Source of the DNA: Amoebophrya sp. A120
Taxonomy: Eukaryota > Protista > Dinoflagellata
Length of the DNA stretch: 64,000 bases
Direction of reading: 5' to 3'
Assembly (NCBI GenBank): GCA_905178155.1
Contig: CAJINV010000004.1
Span: forward strand, 9,355,360 to 9,419,359
Both the position numbers and the translations under genes were made by a program. Below the pieces are notes generated by a model, which was not told the origin of the DNA, searched no databases, and was given only the letters and a program-made list of their open reading frames with translations. Of the stretch, positions 22,370 to 36,500 are shown one piece after another (the stretch's first letter is position 1; each line of letters begins with the position of its first letter).

Positions 22370-23720
22370 GGCCTACCTTTGTTCTGTAATCACTGATTGC
22401 GTGTTCTTCATCCTTCGCTGATGCAGTTGGGCTGCCAACGGTACAAGCCGAAGCCGAGTCGTTCGAGTTCTTCCGATTCCCGACCAGAGCGCAGCTGCGA
22501 CATTACGCAGCAGCAAGGGCGCAAAGGGGTGCACCCCGCGCACGGTGTTCCCGGACCGGGCGGCATTGTGGAGAAGGCCCGCGGGGGGCAGCAGCGCCAG
22601 CTCGTCCGCCTCCTCCGCCGCCGCGATGTGCGGCGCCGTCTGCGCGATGTGCAAAACCATGCACAACGCGGACAAGAAGGCGAGGCCGCCAGTGTCTGGC
22701 GACCGATGCGCGGCCGCCTTTTCGGCGCGCCTGGCTCGAGCCAGGGCGGGCCTGGCATGATGAACAGGCGCCCCAGGAGCAGGGGGAAAGCCCGCAGGAC
22801 CGGGCCCGATGTCGGGCATGTCCTTCAGTGTGCTTCGCTGTTTTCCCGGATTCAAATAACAACCCCGCTCGCAAATGGCCGGAGGTTTTTGTGGGATCTC
22901 TCTCGCGCCGATGTGCTCGCCGACAGACAGGTTTCGGAAGCCGGGCCACTACCCTGCGTACTGAGCGAGCCGCGGCGCGAAGGCGTCAACTACTAAGCCG
23001 GCGCGCGGGGGGGGCTTGTCGGCCCCCTTATGCGCCCCGAAACGCGACGCCGCAGTGGGCTGCCCGCTCTCATGTGAGGCACCGGCGTGGCCGATGGGGC
23101 TAGCAAGGCGCGCGCGCCTCGCCACGGGGCGGCTTTTTCGCGCATGGGCACCCATAGGGATGGATGCCCCGGGAGCCGTAGCCCGCGCCGGTTCGTTGTG
23201 GCGCGACCTACGTAGTGGCCCGGGCGCGATTCTGAGGCCGCCGCGGACGAAAACCCACCAAACGGCTTGGCAACAAGCTCCAGGCCGGGCCCGCCGCCTC
23301 TTAGTTACCCTGCTAGCTAGCGTTCGTAGCTGCGTTTGATTGTGCGCGTGCTTCGATCGTTGCCCGCGCGCGAGCGTGCGCCGCCTTTCGGCTTGTGAGC
23401 CCTTTTGTCGCTGTGGTTCGTGGCAGGCTCGCCCCCGCCGCTGCTCTGCCCGCCTGGCTGCCGGCCTTTCTGTGTGGCCGGCCGGCAGCGGGCCAAGCGG
23501 GCCCGCCTGGGCCGTGGTCTGTCGCGTGGGGCGGCGCCTCGGCCGGCCGTGCCAGCTAGCTCGTTGCGCCTCAGCTGGCGCATGGACATTTCCATCAGCG
23601 TGGAGGCCTCGTGGCGCCGGCGCCCTTTCATCTCTCTGGCTGCGCCCGCCGGCCGCACGCGCTCAGTCTCTCTGTTCCTACATGGTGCACCGCTGCAGAC
23701 ATAGTCCTGGTTCTGGGGCC
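22370..23720. other. Very GC-rich intergenic block of unknown origin (possible decayed mobile element)
   Basis: Composition differs sharply from the AT-rich intergenic DNA; only short ORFs without motifs. Confidence 0.35.
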
Positions 23721-24525
23721 GAAGCTCTTTTCAGAAGCAAAAACGAAGACGAATCCAACGGGGCCACGCACCTACCACGGCGTCGCGTGTTGCTTGGCGC
23801 TTCTGGCTATGTTTCGGAAGTATGGCTTGAAACCCAATTCAACGCAGGGCCATTAGCATTGTTCTTTGTCTCTTTTACGTCTGGTTGTGTCATGTGGTTT
23901 CCAGGATCCAGGCCGAGCTTTGATGTCCGACGCTTTTTTGCTGAAAGAATATCTGTCAATGTGAAAGAATGCCCGTTATGCGAATGACTCGGCAGCATTG
24001 CCTGCGTGCAAACAGGATCAAGTATGTAAGTTCGAGCTCAAACAAGCAGCTCACCTTACGCACAATGACCGCGGTCTTGTCTTCTGACCTATGCCTATCG
24101 CAGTCCCCTTGTTATATTTTTTTGTCGCCCAATGCACCACTTGCTTCGCTGGGCACGGGCTGCAGGGTCTTTGCATCAGTGCTCTTACATTCATGGACCG
24201 AATGTTCACACACCAGAGACAGAACGTAGAGGTCTTTCGTTGAAATATGAATATTTGTTTCTTTTTATTTCTGCCAAATAATCAAGAAAGTAACATCAAT
24301 TGCATGATATGAAGCCTCTTCATGTAAGTAGTTTTTTCACAAGATTTGACCTAGAGCTAGACTCCTGTATGGGATTAAAAAAGTACAGCCTTTATGATTT
24401 TCGAAACGGCTCTCAGAGTTCCAAATCGGAACCTGTTCTTACCAACATGTTCTTATTCGCGGCTCCGAGCCATACACACGTACCCACTCTTATTCTACGC
24501 CTAAAGTTACGCTAGTAAGTAGATC

Positions 24526-27500
24526 ATGATGAACAACAACGCAAATTTCCATCCAGACGGCCGCGTCCAGCAGACGATCCACTTGCTGGATGAGATTCTG
24601 CAGAAGCTGCAAACGACCGGCAACGCCGCCTCCAAATGCCGCGAGGAGGGGTGGAAGCTGCTCGAGGGAGGGCCAGGCGTACCTATGCCTTTCAGCAAGC
24701 GCAGTTCGGACTTGCGGCAGAAGAGCCTCTACGCGATACACAAGCCGGGCGAAACGTACTTTTACGCTTTATTGAAATCATTGCTGCACTCCATCGCGGA
24801 GGATCTCGTCGGGACTGGGGCGAAAAAACGAAAATCTTTTCGCGGGAACGGATGTGTTGCTCTGGCCACGCTCGTGACGAACTTTCTGCAGGCGAAGAGT
24901 TGTGAGGATTTGGACGGCTTTGTCCAGAACAAGCTGTATACCCACGCCGGGAGTTCAAGTTCTTCCTCTTCATCGTCTTCAAAGTCCTCGCAACATCCTT
25001 TTGTCAAAGAAACGCTCGGCTCCTCGGAGAATGTTCGGGAGCTGTTTTACATCATTGGAGAAAGAGTGCTCCGGACGTTCAGTCAAACGAGATTCGGCGA
25101 CCCGCTATCGCCAATACCTTTGACCGATTACACCGGAAGTTTGATCCTGGTCATCAACCGGCTGACGCCATTTATCTTTTTCGTTGACCCCGAATGCGTC
25201 CCTGCGGAAGACATCATCGGGATCTTGAACTACTTTCCCCTAGCCGGGCCATCCGACAAGCACTTCACGAATGTCGCAGCAAATTTGATCAAGTATTTCC
25301 GGGGGGATTTTCCAGCGAGCTCAGTGCGCGGACTGATTGTCGATGACAATTTTCGCAAGTACTCGGAAGCCTTTTACCTGCTGTTGCTACGCTACCCGTA
25401 CCACTTTCGGTTCTTCAGGCGAATAGCGCCTGCGACAGCGGCGCGACAGAACGTCGGTCCGGGTGGTCAGCCAAACCTCCCCGGCCCGGGCTACTTGCGA
25501 CAAGCAGAGAACCAGAGGCAAGAAGAGAATCTCAATCTTCAGCAAAATCGGGATTTGGGCCGACTGGAGCTTGTCAGCCCGTTGGAGTATGTGCAGAAGC
25601 TTCTCCCGACGGCGAGCTCGCTCCTGAGCGGCCCCCGGGCAAAATTACTGATGCTGTGCTGCACTTTAGTTGCGTTGGAATCGCATCAGCGGCACGAGCG
25701 GAGAAGGTCGAAGAACTTTGACAAGGTTGTGAGCTTACGGAAAATGCTCTTGGCAGAGGTAAACCAGAACGAAGACCAGGAGTTGCTCGTGGGGCTGATG
25801 TTTCTCCACTGGCTGTACCCAAACCTCGTGCCGAAGGACCACAGTGGTGGGCCAGACCAGCGTCCCATGGACGCAATCCAACTCGCGGGTGAAAGTAGCA
25901 GGTCAACCTACGGAGGAGCAGCTGCTGGTAATCTTGGGAGAGGTTCGTCGATGAATTTCAATCAGCCAAGTTCTGGCAGCTCTGCCTGGATGCGGCCCAC
26001 CCCGGCTTCTGCATCGTCTTCTTCCGCAAACTTCCAGACGGGAACGTCCAGAGGAACTGTGGCAGGCCAAAACCAAAATGCCGGCGCTGCTTCCTCCTCT
26101 TCATTCAGCTCCGACCGAGTCGACGACCTAGAAGATCTCCCCATCGGATCCTCCCTTCCGCCAGACTTACGAACGAAGCCGCACATTTTGAAACTGCTCC
26201 CCATGGACATCGTGGAGAGGCTGCTGGTTTACGACGAGGATTTTTTCACCACAGAGCTCGCAGAGGATTTCTTATTCGGGCGGCAATTGCAATTCAGAAC
26301 CGTCGTGTCCGCAGCGGCAAACAGCGGATCATCTTCTGGGAACAATGGTAGCTCGTCGTCCCAGAATTATCAGAGCCAAAGATTTCTCCCACTAGCGAAC
26401 TCCACGTCGCAGAATAAGCTGCTGGGAAAGATGCTGGAAAATCCGCCCATCGGGCAGCTGAGCAAGAGTAGTCTGCGTAACGCGTCGAAATCGGGGGGCA
26501 GCGGGAAGAAACAAGCCTTGGACGACGATTACTTTGGACCGACGCCGGGAGCTACGCCAGGGACGATGCGCGATAATGGACAAGACGAAGACCAGCAGGC
26601 TGTCCCGCAAGAAGACCCAATTATCCGCGAGCGCAGGCGCCGCCAGTTCACCAGCGTTGAAAGCTACTACTACCAGCTGGAAGAAGTCTTGCCCAAGCCG
26701 ACACAAGGTGCTGGGAAAGCTGCAGGTCGCGGCGGTCAAGGGGCCTCATCGAGTGCGCAGCAGATGAACTTCCAGCAGAGCATGGTCGTTGATAATGACG
26801 TTGCGAGGACCTCCGCTTCTGGCGCAGCTATTGGTGACGACGCACCGGATCTGTGGTGGTCCACAGAAGCGGTATTTGACCGGCTAGTGGAAATCGTGAG
26901 GCTGCCGTTGCTCTCGACATCAAGTGGAAATAGTGGTGGAAGTAGTAGTTCTAGTTCCAGACCTCCCCGCTCCGGCTCGTCTAAAATGCGTCACTTCCTC
27001 CGTGACCGAGCGGACTCTATTCTTCGCTTGGCGTTGGTCAACAAAGACCGACTGTCAGTTGCAGCTTCAACTACGTCGAGGAACAATAATAACAGTGGCT
27101 CCGAGCAGATATCATCGAAGAACGGTGTTGAGGAGGATGCAGCTTGGCAGAAAAATACCTTGACGGTTGCGAGATTTCTACTACTCGCCCGCTACTTCCT
27201 CGACGACCAAGTTTTGCTTGCGAAAGTCCGTGCTTTTTACCACAATCCGCTGGTGAAATTCTCCGACGAGCATTTGCTCTTCGCCGAGACGTTCTTCTTC
27301 GCTGCTACGGACAACAACCACCGGTTCTACGCGCAGATGGACAGTAGTAGCTCGAGGAACTATAGTGTGATGAGGGGCAACGTGAATTATGAACAACAAC
27401 ATGGTAGTACCAATAAATCATCCACCGCCCGGCTCTCCATCCTCGACTCTCACGTTCTTTTCGACTACATCCAAGCGGCGATCGTGCATCGCGATCGGGT

Positions 27501-30500
27501 CTCACCGCTGATCAGCCGACTCTACGCCTTGCTTGTCGCGAAACGAGTGCGCGCGAACGCCGCGTCGCAGTTCGATCTTAACGCATTGGAACTCGGGTTT
27601 GGGGAGTGGTGTGCTGGAGGCCATGCAGCGGGGGCATTGCTTTTGATAAAGCAGCCAACGCACCAGTCAAAGAGGACTTTACTGTACAACACGCATTTCC
27701 TCGCTCATGCGGCGTTGAAACTACTCGTCAAGCAACCAGCAAACTTGAGGCAAGCGAGCCCTGCCACTTTTCTACTGGAGTGGCTAACTGCGTTTTGCAC
27801 CCAGGACAACTGCAATTCGAATGACGCAACCCCAGCGGCAAGGGCCCCTGCGAGAGCTTTTGGCTCGTCTGCAGCAATAAGCGCTGCTCTCATCCTGAAA
27901 CTCATTCCCTACGAGGAAGGGGGAGAAGATGATGACGAAGATGCCATGAGCTTGGACGGGGGAGACGATGATTTATTTGAAAACAACAGCCGCCGCAGCG
28001 TGAACAACAACCCTCTACTCGCCAGCTCCAGCTCTGTCCGAAGCAACATGTCACAAATGCAGCCACGGGAAAGGAATTTGCTGATGTCGCAATTAAAAAG
28101 CAGCATCAAGCAGGTGCGAGGTGGAACAGCACAGGCAGCTGCGCTAGGAAGTAGAAACAGACGGTCTTCTTCTGGCGCCGCTCACCTTGGTGGGTCCGGG
28201 CGTTTTGCCGGCGGGGGCATGCACAATCCACCCAACTTCGATCAAGTCAGGATCCAGCTTTTGTCTGAGCTTCTTCAAGTCCCAGCGACCACTAGTACGC
28301 ACACCAACGCCGCAGGATCTTCCACTAGCGCACTTTCAGGGAATCTCAACGATTTCCAGACGCAGACGGCTGGCGGGATGTTATTGCAGTGGTTGCAGAC
28401 GACCATGCAAAAGATCTTAACCGTGAAACGCGACGCAGTATCGAATCGGGGACCGCCGCCTGGGGTTCTTTCCTCGCAGTTTGGTGGGAGGAGCAATGCT
28501 AGAAATAACAACAATAACGATAATTTTCAGATGCACGACCTCGACCTGCTGGACGATCATCTCGCAATCATGGACGGGGATGTCGATATGATGAGCCAAA
28601 ATGTAGTTCCGCCGCACAACTACAACATCCCGGGAGCGGCTTCTGCTCGAAGTCAACACAACTCGTCCCAGAACCAGAACAACCGGAATGAAAACCAAAA
28701 CCAGGAAATAGATAGCGCACGACCACCAGTAGACTTTGTCTACGTCCCAGCTGGGCAATTCACCACCCGATTCCTCACCCTCTGCGAGTTCATCCTCACT
28801 ATCGGTTGCTGTTTTGACACCTTCACAGCGAGGATGGAAGAGCAGGAACAGCAGGAGTGGCTGGTTGTCATCGAAGTCGCAATCAATCGGTTGATAAAAC
28901 CGATCCTAACCGAACCGTTCGCGAAAGGGATAATGACAGAAGAAGGGGACGAGACCAATTACCAGGGTAGCTTCCAGTTTCACAACGAGCTGCGAGTGAA
29001 AGCGGTTGGGAGATTGTTGCCGCTGTTATTGCAGATGCGGAACTCTTCTTCATCCTCGCGCAGCGGTATAAAAATCTCTTCGTCTGAAAACCTCGCCGCA
29101 ACTCTCGCCAACCTGGAGGACGACGTCGCAGACGCCCTTCCCTGGCCGATAACCGCCGCTGAGACGGCGGACGAGGAGGAGAAGTCGGGGCAGTTGTGGT
29201 TGGATAGGAACGACTGCACGCCCTGGGCGGCGTTGACCTGTCTAGTTCTCCACGGGTCTGGGCCCGGAAGAATACGGTGTCTCGCCAGCATGCTGATTGT
29301 GGCCGATAAGTTCCACCAGTGGTCCCGGTGGTACCAAGTCTGCGATGCGATCAGGAATGCTGTCATTGGTCCTCCGGTTGGACCTGGATCAGGGCCAATA
29401 AAATCGAATGATAGCGACGCGGCTTGTAGTTTGCTGGACCTCCCGCCTTCAGCGACCACTGCAGAAGCGGTGCGGCTAGGAAGCGCCTTTGTGCACAGGC
29501 AGCAGGCGGAGCTAAATGAAGCAGGGTCTACATCCACTTCTGCGTTCGGAGGTAGAAATAATATCAGAAGCGCAGCATCCTGGCTCACGGCTCAACACGT
29601 AATCGAGCTCTACAGCTACTGGCGGGCGATGATGCCCGACAAGCCGTTTCCGTTTGAGAAGCTAAGGGCGACGGGTTTCATTCCAGATTTCTACATTGCA
29701 AAATACCTATGTTTGTACAACGACCAGAGCATCGTTGGGTACGGTAAGACACTTTTTGACATGTGCAGCGGAACAAATGATCAAGATACGGGGCTCCTGC
29801 AAGGAGATGAAGACGTCACAACACGCCTGCGAAATCGGGAAAACCTTGCTGGCCCAGCGGTGTGCTTGCTGCAGGAAGATAATGATGGAAATCAAGATCA
29901 AAAAGCGCCAGCCGCGTCCGCGGGAGCAGCTGCAATCCCCACTTCGCTTCTGAACCCGGGTTGGCACGTGTTAAGCCCAGCAGAAATGGAGGAATTGCAA
30001 TTGCACGAAACACAAGCAAAACCACACAACCCAAGTACGAGTACCCACAAAAGAAAAAGAATCACAACTTTCCAGGAATCCTTCGGCCGCTACGTGGCCG
30101 CGGCACTCACGCTTCTCGGCGGAACAGGCGGCCTCGCGAGGCAACATCTTGCACACTTTGCGACCAAAATTACCAAAAAGCGGCTCGACGACTTTTTCGC
30201 AAAACTGGCAGATTGCAGTAAATCAAGTTTCGTGAAAAACGTGCTCGCCCCTTTCTCGACGCTGGCGTGTCGGCCGGTAGTTTTTGCCTGGTATTTCCGC
30301 TTAAAGCTCTTCTACCACCGAGACAGCGAGGTAGCCCAGATGCTGCCGCCGGTGGATTGTGTTTTTGTCAACACAGCAACTGCGGAGGAAATAAGCAGTG
30401 CAACTTCTACCGGCGGCGGAGGAGGTGCAGAAGCAGCAGCAGCAGTAGGAGCAGCGAAAAGTAGAAAAAGCTGGTCTGCGTCCAAGAACAAGCGATTCTC

Positions 30501-33500
30501 AAATGCGGGGCCGCAAGGATATGCACCAGCCTCTGGAGCACGAAGAAGAAGAACCCGAAAAGAAAAGCTTTCAGATCTCTTGTCGATCGAGAGTATCGGA
30601 AAGGACTTGATTTGCTACTTACCCTTTGTTCTAGAGCTGCTTGTCACAGCTTATGCTGATGAAGAGACTTATGGAAGTGTCAGAATCGAAATTGACAAAA
30701 TCGAAAAATTTGTGATGCACAAAATTGATGCCAGTTGGAGCCTCAGTTTCCAAGCGGCACATGACAAATTTCGGAAGCACCCAAATCCAGTCTGTCATGC
30801 TGTTTGGGCAAGGAAGATTGCTCCTGTCATGCTACTCTGGCAGCACATTGCATACCCCTAAACAGCCTTGCAATCGGTCTCATTTGCCTGCTCCCCAATA
30901 CAGGCCTCACGTGCCCTACATTTTATGCATTGCAAATTTTTCGATTTTGTCGATTTCGATTCTGACGCTTCCATAAGACCAAGACAGCAGATTCGTTGCC
31001 TGTGAACTTCAAGAGGGGCTTCGGAAGCTTCCAGTCCTTGTATCAAAAGTAAAAGTGTCTGGGTCTGGAAACTAACTTGTGATGCTGGGTGGCGTCTCAT
31101 GACGAGGCTACAAATGCTGGCTCAGCATGACAAGTTTCTGAGCTCCTAGCTGTTGCCTATTCTGCATGACAAACTGCGCTTCAGCATCACAGAAAAACGG
31201 AGCTCTTGGGTAACGTGCATGACAGATTTAAGAGTCATGCCAGACAAGCATGACAAACGTGAATTCTTCCAGACCGAGACATTTTTACAGTTGATATCTT
31301 GCCGGCCAAGTTGAAAGACGATCCGCAGGCGGTCAGGCAATGGCGGACAGTGTGGGGGGCAATGTTGTTGACCGATTTCCGCTTGTTGGTGGAGTTTTTG
31401 GAACCCGTGTTTGGACTGCCAGCGTTGCCACTGTATCACCTTGAAGATGAGATGCATCGGGGTCCTCGTGCCCCCGCAAGTAGCAGCTCTACTGACGACC
31501 ACAGGAGCACCAGCGGCGCGACAACCTTTAGCAACACCAGATTTCGTTCCTTTCACCTCGAAGTTGTCGACGTGTGCTGCGCAGCGCTCTTGCAACACAA
31601 TACCATTACCGTCGAAGAGCAAGCCGTCCGCTCTCTTGTCGGGATGCTACTCCGGACCACGGGGCTGATTCCACCGAATAAAACGACGTCTGGCAGCACA
31701 ACGAAAGTGAAATTCAAAAAATGCTTCCCAGCGGTTCATCAATTGATCAAATCGCGCCCTGAAATTTTTCTCCAGCCCACCGGGGTCGCGATCAGGAATG
31801 TGGTTAGTTTGTTAGGCAATGGTGCTAGTACAGACGGTGGTGGTGGGACAAAACAACCTGCGGCTTCTTTTGAAACGAAAAAGGTGAAGGAGCTGCTTGG
31901 AACAATTCGGGAAAACTTCTCGTCTGCACTTGACGACGTGCAAGTAGTTGCAGCTTCAACAACATCCGGCGCTCGAGTTGGTGTTGGAGGCTCCTCGTCT
32001 TCCTCGATGAACAACGATGTTGGCAACATCTTCGTACCCAGCAACAGCAAGCGGTACCAGAAGTTTCGGCTGAAGACAGAAATTACCCGTCGTTTATTGG
32101 ACTTTGTCCCCGCGTCCCAACAGGTCATCGAGAGTGTCCAAGATCACTTGGCACCCAACGCGTGGGCGTACACGAGTATCTTGGGCCTTTGCGCCTCAGA
32201 ACTTCACGACTTCGACTATTGCAAGCAGATCAACGACCGGGGCACAATCGAGCAGTTGTTACCGCATCTCGGGGACAGCTGGCGGATTGAGCACGAAGCG
32301 ATTGAGCGGGAAAAAAGGCGAAGAAGCAGTATGCTCGGTGGAAATGGAAATCGAAATGAAGGCGGTGACAACAATATGGACGTAGAAATGATGGAAAACA
32401 ACAACAGCACTGCCAGTGGCGTGAAAAAACGGTTGAACTTTGAAGACTCCGAGTCGGCGGGTGGATTTGGTCATCAACAACATCCGCAAAAGTTGCGGAA
32501 ACTGTCAACCGAGAGCAGCGGAATAAATGCCGCAGCTGTGGCCATGTCTCAATCGGTGCATGTCGTCGACCCGCTTAGGAGTTTTATTCACGAACAGGAA
32601 AGCCGGATGCAGACGCAGAGCTATTCCGGTGGGCCTGCTTCGCCGCCGATGGCTGGAATGTCGTCGGGTGACCTCCAAGGAATGGTTGGTGTTGGAGGAG
32701 CTGCTCGTGGCAGGGTTGGAAGTTCCGGGGAAGAAGTCAACAATCCACATGGCGAAGAGCAGGACCCCTACCAGCCCCTCGTTCCTTGCGAGAAGCTTCT
32801 GCAGCTCGCGAAGGAAACCGGGCGGCCGCAGTGCTTGAGGTTCATTGACGTAGCCGACTGGAGCAACTTATGTGGAGAGTTGGAAGTAGATCAAGCCAGG
32901 GACGACGAAAGTCCATCTGGATCTGGAGCAGGTACTACCCAAGCAGCTACGTTCGCCGAATATCTCTCCGAAGGGCCTATCGCAATCTCGAAAGGATACA
33001 AATCCGGTATGCGTATGCTTCAGGACGATTATACCAGAAAACGCAATAGAATGAATCGGTACGAGTTCCTTTGGGATCCAGCGATTCTGCGGCAATACGA
33101 CGAACTTTTGCCTTATTTGGAGCACGACTGGTCCACGCGGACCGACGAAAGCAAAAATCGCCTTACCGTGCAGAACAACCAAATCCTGAGCGCAAGCAAC
33201 CTCGGAAAGCGCCGCTTCCTCGTGTTTCAGCTTTTGCACCTCCAAACCCTCGTTGCCCACCCAGTCCGCGAGCTGCGGATGCTGGCACTGCAGGTGGAAA
33301 GCGCCTTACGAAGTAGGGGTGTATCAAATATTAAACCAACATCGTCCGACTTCGATCACGCGTCGGTTTTTCTGCACAAGAAGCTGCTGCGATTCGGAGA
33401 CGCGAAAGCCGACCCAGCGGTCTACGTTCGGCACAAGAAGGGAATAACTCCGACAACTGCGGTATGGGAGTGTCAGGATTGAAATCAACAAAATCGAAAC

Positions 33501-36500
33501 AATTTGTGATGCATAAAATCGATACCAGTTTGAGCTTCAGTTTTCAAGCGGCGCATGACAAATTTCGGGAGCACCAAAATAGAGTCTGTGATGCTGTTTG
33601 GGCAAAGAAGACTGCGCCTGTCATGCTACTCTGGCAGCACATCGTCTTCCCATAAACAGGCTTGCAATCAGTCTCGTTTGCCTGCTCCCCAACACAGACC
33701 ATACGTGCCCTACATCTTATGCATTACAAGTTTTTCGAATTTCGATTTTGTCGATTTCGATTCTGACACTTTCATATGCGGGCTGCTTCGAGCCCCTGGA
33801 CTGTTACTTTCCTGTAGAGGGAAAGGTTGCTGCTGAAGCAGGTACTGTGCCGGCGCTGATGGCCGCACCTCTTCATCAGAGTGGAAACAATAAAAAGGCC
33901 ATAGTAGCGGCAAGAAGGAACTCGATTTCGGCCATGACAACGCGCGCGAAAGATTTCGTTTCAGCTTTTGTAAACGAAGAAAACGAAGATCACGACTTGC
34001 TTTCCGACGAGACGCTCGAATTGTGCCTCGACGATAGCAAAAAACTGGAGTCCAGAACTATTCCGCAGTGGGCGAGTGCGACTTTACCGGGTTTTTTCCC
34101 AGCCGCTTTTTCAGCGAAGAACAGCCCGGCCGTGCGGATGGCAATGGGAAATGCGACACTGCGGGCATTGTTGGAAGAACAGAAGCTGTTTGGCGTAGAC
34201 GGTTCAGGAGGAGAAGGTGACAACCTGCATCAAAATCGAGTTGATGTCCGTGCACCTCGCAGCGGCTTGTTCCCGTCAGGAAAAGAAAGCCAGTCGCTGG
34301 AGACTGCAGGGAACAAAGGCAGGGCAGTGCCGAAAGCAGCGGTCGCAGACCCCACCGGTAGCTCCTCTGCGCAATTTGAGGCCACTGTAGCGAGCATGAG
34401 TTGTGGCGAAGGCATGAGTGGCGAAATGGAAAGGTTGTTTGGGTCCAGTTCGATGCCGCCAGTGGAAACAAACCAAGAATCGGCAAGAAGTGCAAACTCT
34501 TCTAGCGCGGCATCATATGACTCGGTGTCCCAGCATGGTGCCAACGCGCAGGCATCCTCACCCCTGTACTCCCACTTGCTCGAGCGGTTACTTCAGCTCT
34601 GGGAGGGTTTCTTAGATCCAGATGTTTTGGCCGCTTGTTGTTCCTGTGGAGATGACAGTACCTCTGAGGAACCACGGCATGAAGAGGACAGTTTTTCGCT
34701 CTGGGTACGGCTCTTCGTTGGCGCCGCGCTGCACGAAATCGGTAAGGCCCAGGCGCAGAGCGCCACGCAGATGAACAAAAAGCAGGAGCAACCAAACCTG
34801 AGCATCTTGCCCGGAGCTGAGCACGCCTATCTCCTAGCGCTTCACGATTGCGACTTCGCGTTAGGAGCTTTTCCGTTTGTTTTCAGTTCGTGTCGCGAGA
34901 GGTTGTGGGCGGGGATTTTCCAGAGATTGTGCGAAGCGATGGAGCATGTTTCGGCTACAGTACCTGCAGCGAATTTTCACGCTAGCTTCGATACTCACGC
35001 AGCAGAAAGAGCGCCAAAAACAACGTCTAGTTTTTCACAGGGTGGCAAAAACGGGTTGTTTCTGCGAAAAGATTTTCTCGAGGCGCTGACTGATCTCGTT
35101 GTTTCTGCGATGAAGGACGTGCGCAGAATGCTTACCGAAGAAGATATTGGTTCCGACGTCATGAAACCTCCAGGGGCTGGCGCGCTTGCGAACTCGGGCA
35201 TCTTTCTCAGCCTTCTGGTGCAGAAGCCAGATCTACCGTGGAAAGGAAACAAATCGTCAGCAGCAGCCCGCCGAGGTTCTGGAAGTGCGTTTCTCAACCT
35301 GGCCGAACTGTGCTTGTACATCGACGAGGCGGAGGAAGCTTTGGGCTATGTTGAATTGGAGGTGTTGCTGTGCGAAAAGGCTCACGACCGGGCCTCTTTA
35401 CGTCCGGACATGAGCAGTCCGGATGACGAAGAAGAGGAGATGACCATGAAGAAAGAGCAGGCAAAGCTACACTTGGCCTCAACGAGCGCAAAGAGGCTTG
35501 CTGTTTTCGCAAAAGTCAGCAAGAAGTTGGACATGCCCTTAACTCATCTGCACCAAATAGGCACCGGGTCCATCGCATCTGTACTGCAGACCAGAGCCTT
35601 GGTTTTACCACACTGTGGAAGCTTAGAGCAGATTCTGACCAGCGCGATTTCCAGTGCGGCTGCAGGGGGATCAACGTCATCTTTTTCGTCGGTATTAAAT
35701 CGCCCGGACATCTTTGGCTCGTCAGGAAGCAGTGGCGCTGATTTCCAGAGTAACAATTTTCTTGCGAGCCTGCGAAACGCAACGGAAGCGGCATTGACAA
35801 ACGCTGGACTTGGAGCTTGTGCGCTTCTCTTGCAGAATGAAGACCAACATCTAGATCCTAATCGTGGCGTCAGATCAGGCGCGCTGACAAACCACGGTAC
35901 TAGCACAAATACTTTTCTCTCAGATTACAAAGAGCGGCAGGCAAAGACGTTTCTCGAGCTTGGTCAATGGCAAGATTTGGGAGAATTCGGCGTTTCTGAT
36001 TTCTCGCATCGAGAACAAATAAACTCGCCACTTTTGCCCGACTCTCCCGCAGAGATGACATCACACCTCGACGTCAGCTTGTCGATGAACCAGAGCAATT
36101 TAAAAGCAGAAGGCGGTGGTGGACCACATCATCAGCCGCGAAAAATAAAAGCCGCATCCAGAATTGTCGGTTTCCACACAGCATTGCTTTCCGCTTTGCA
36201 AGAAGGGTCCGATGAGTGCGTCAAAACAGCGCTGCGCTTCACGCACACGGAGTTGGCTCGCGGCAGCGCTTCGTTTCCGCAGGGTGCTGTGCAGGCACAG
36301 ATTGCTGCAGACGTCCGATCATATATGGCGTCCGGCCCATCTACGGGTGCAGCAGGGCGCCAGGGTCCTCGTGGACCTCCCAACAAGCAAGCACAGACAC
36401 AAAAGCAAGTAGCTGCAGCTGCAAACTATGCCGATTACATTCTGCGAGACTCAGAGAACGTGGAGGTGCTCTCCTCCACATCTGCAGCCGCGAGCTTTAG

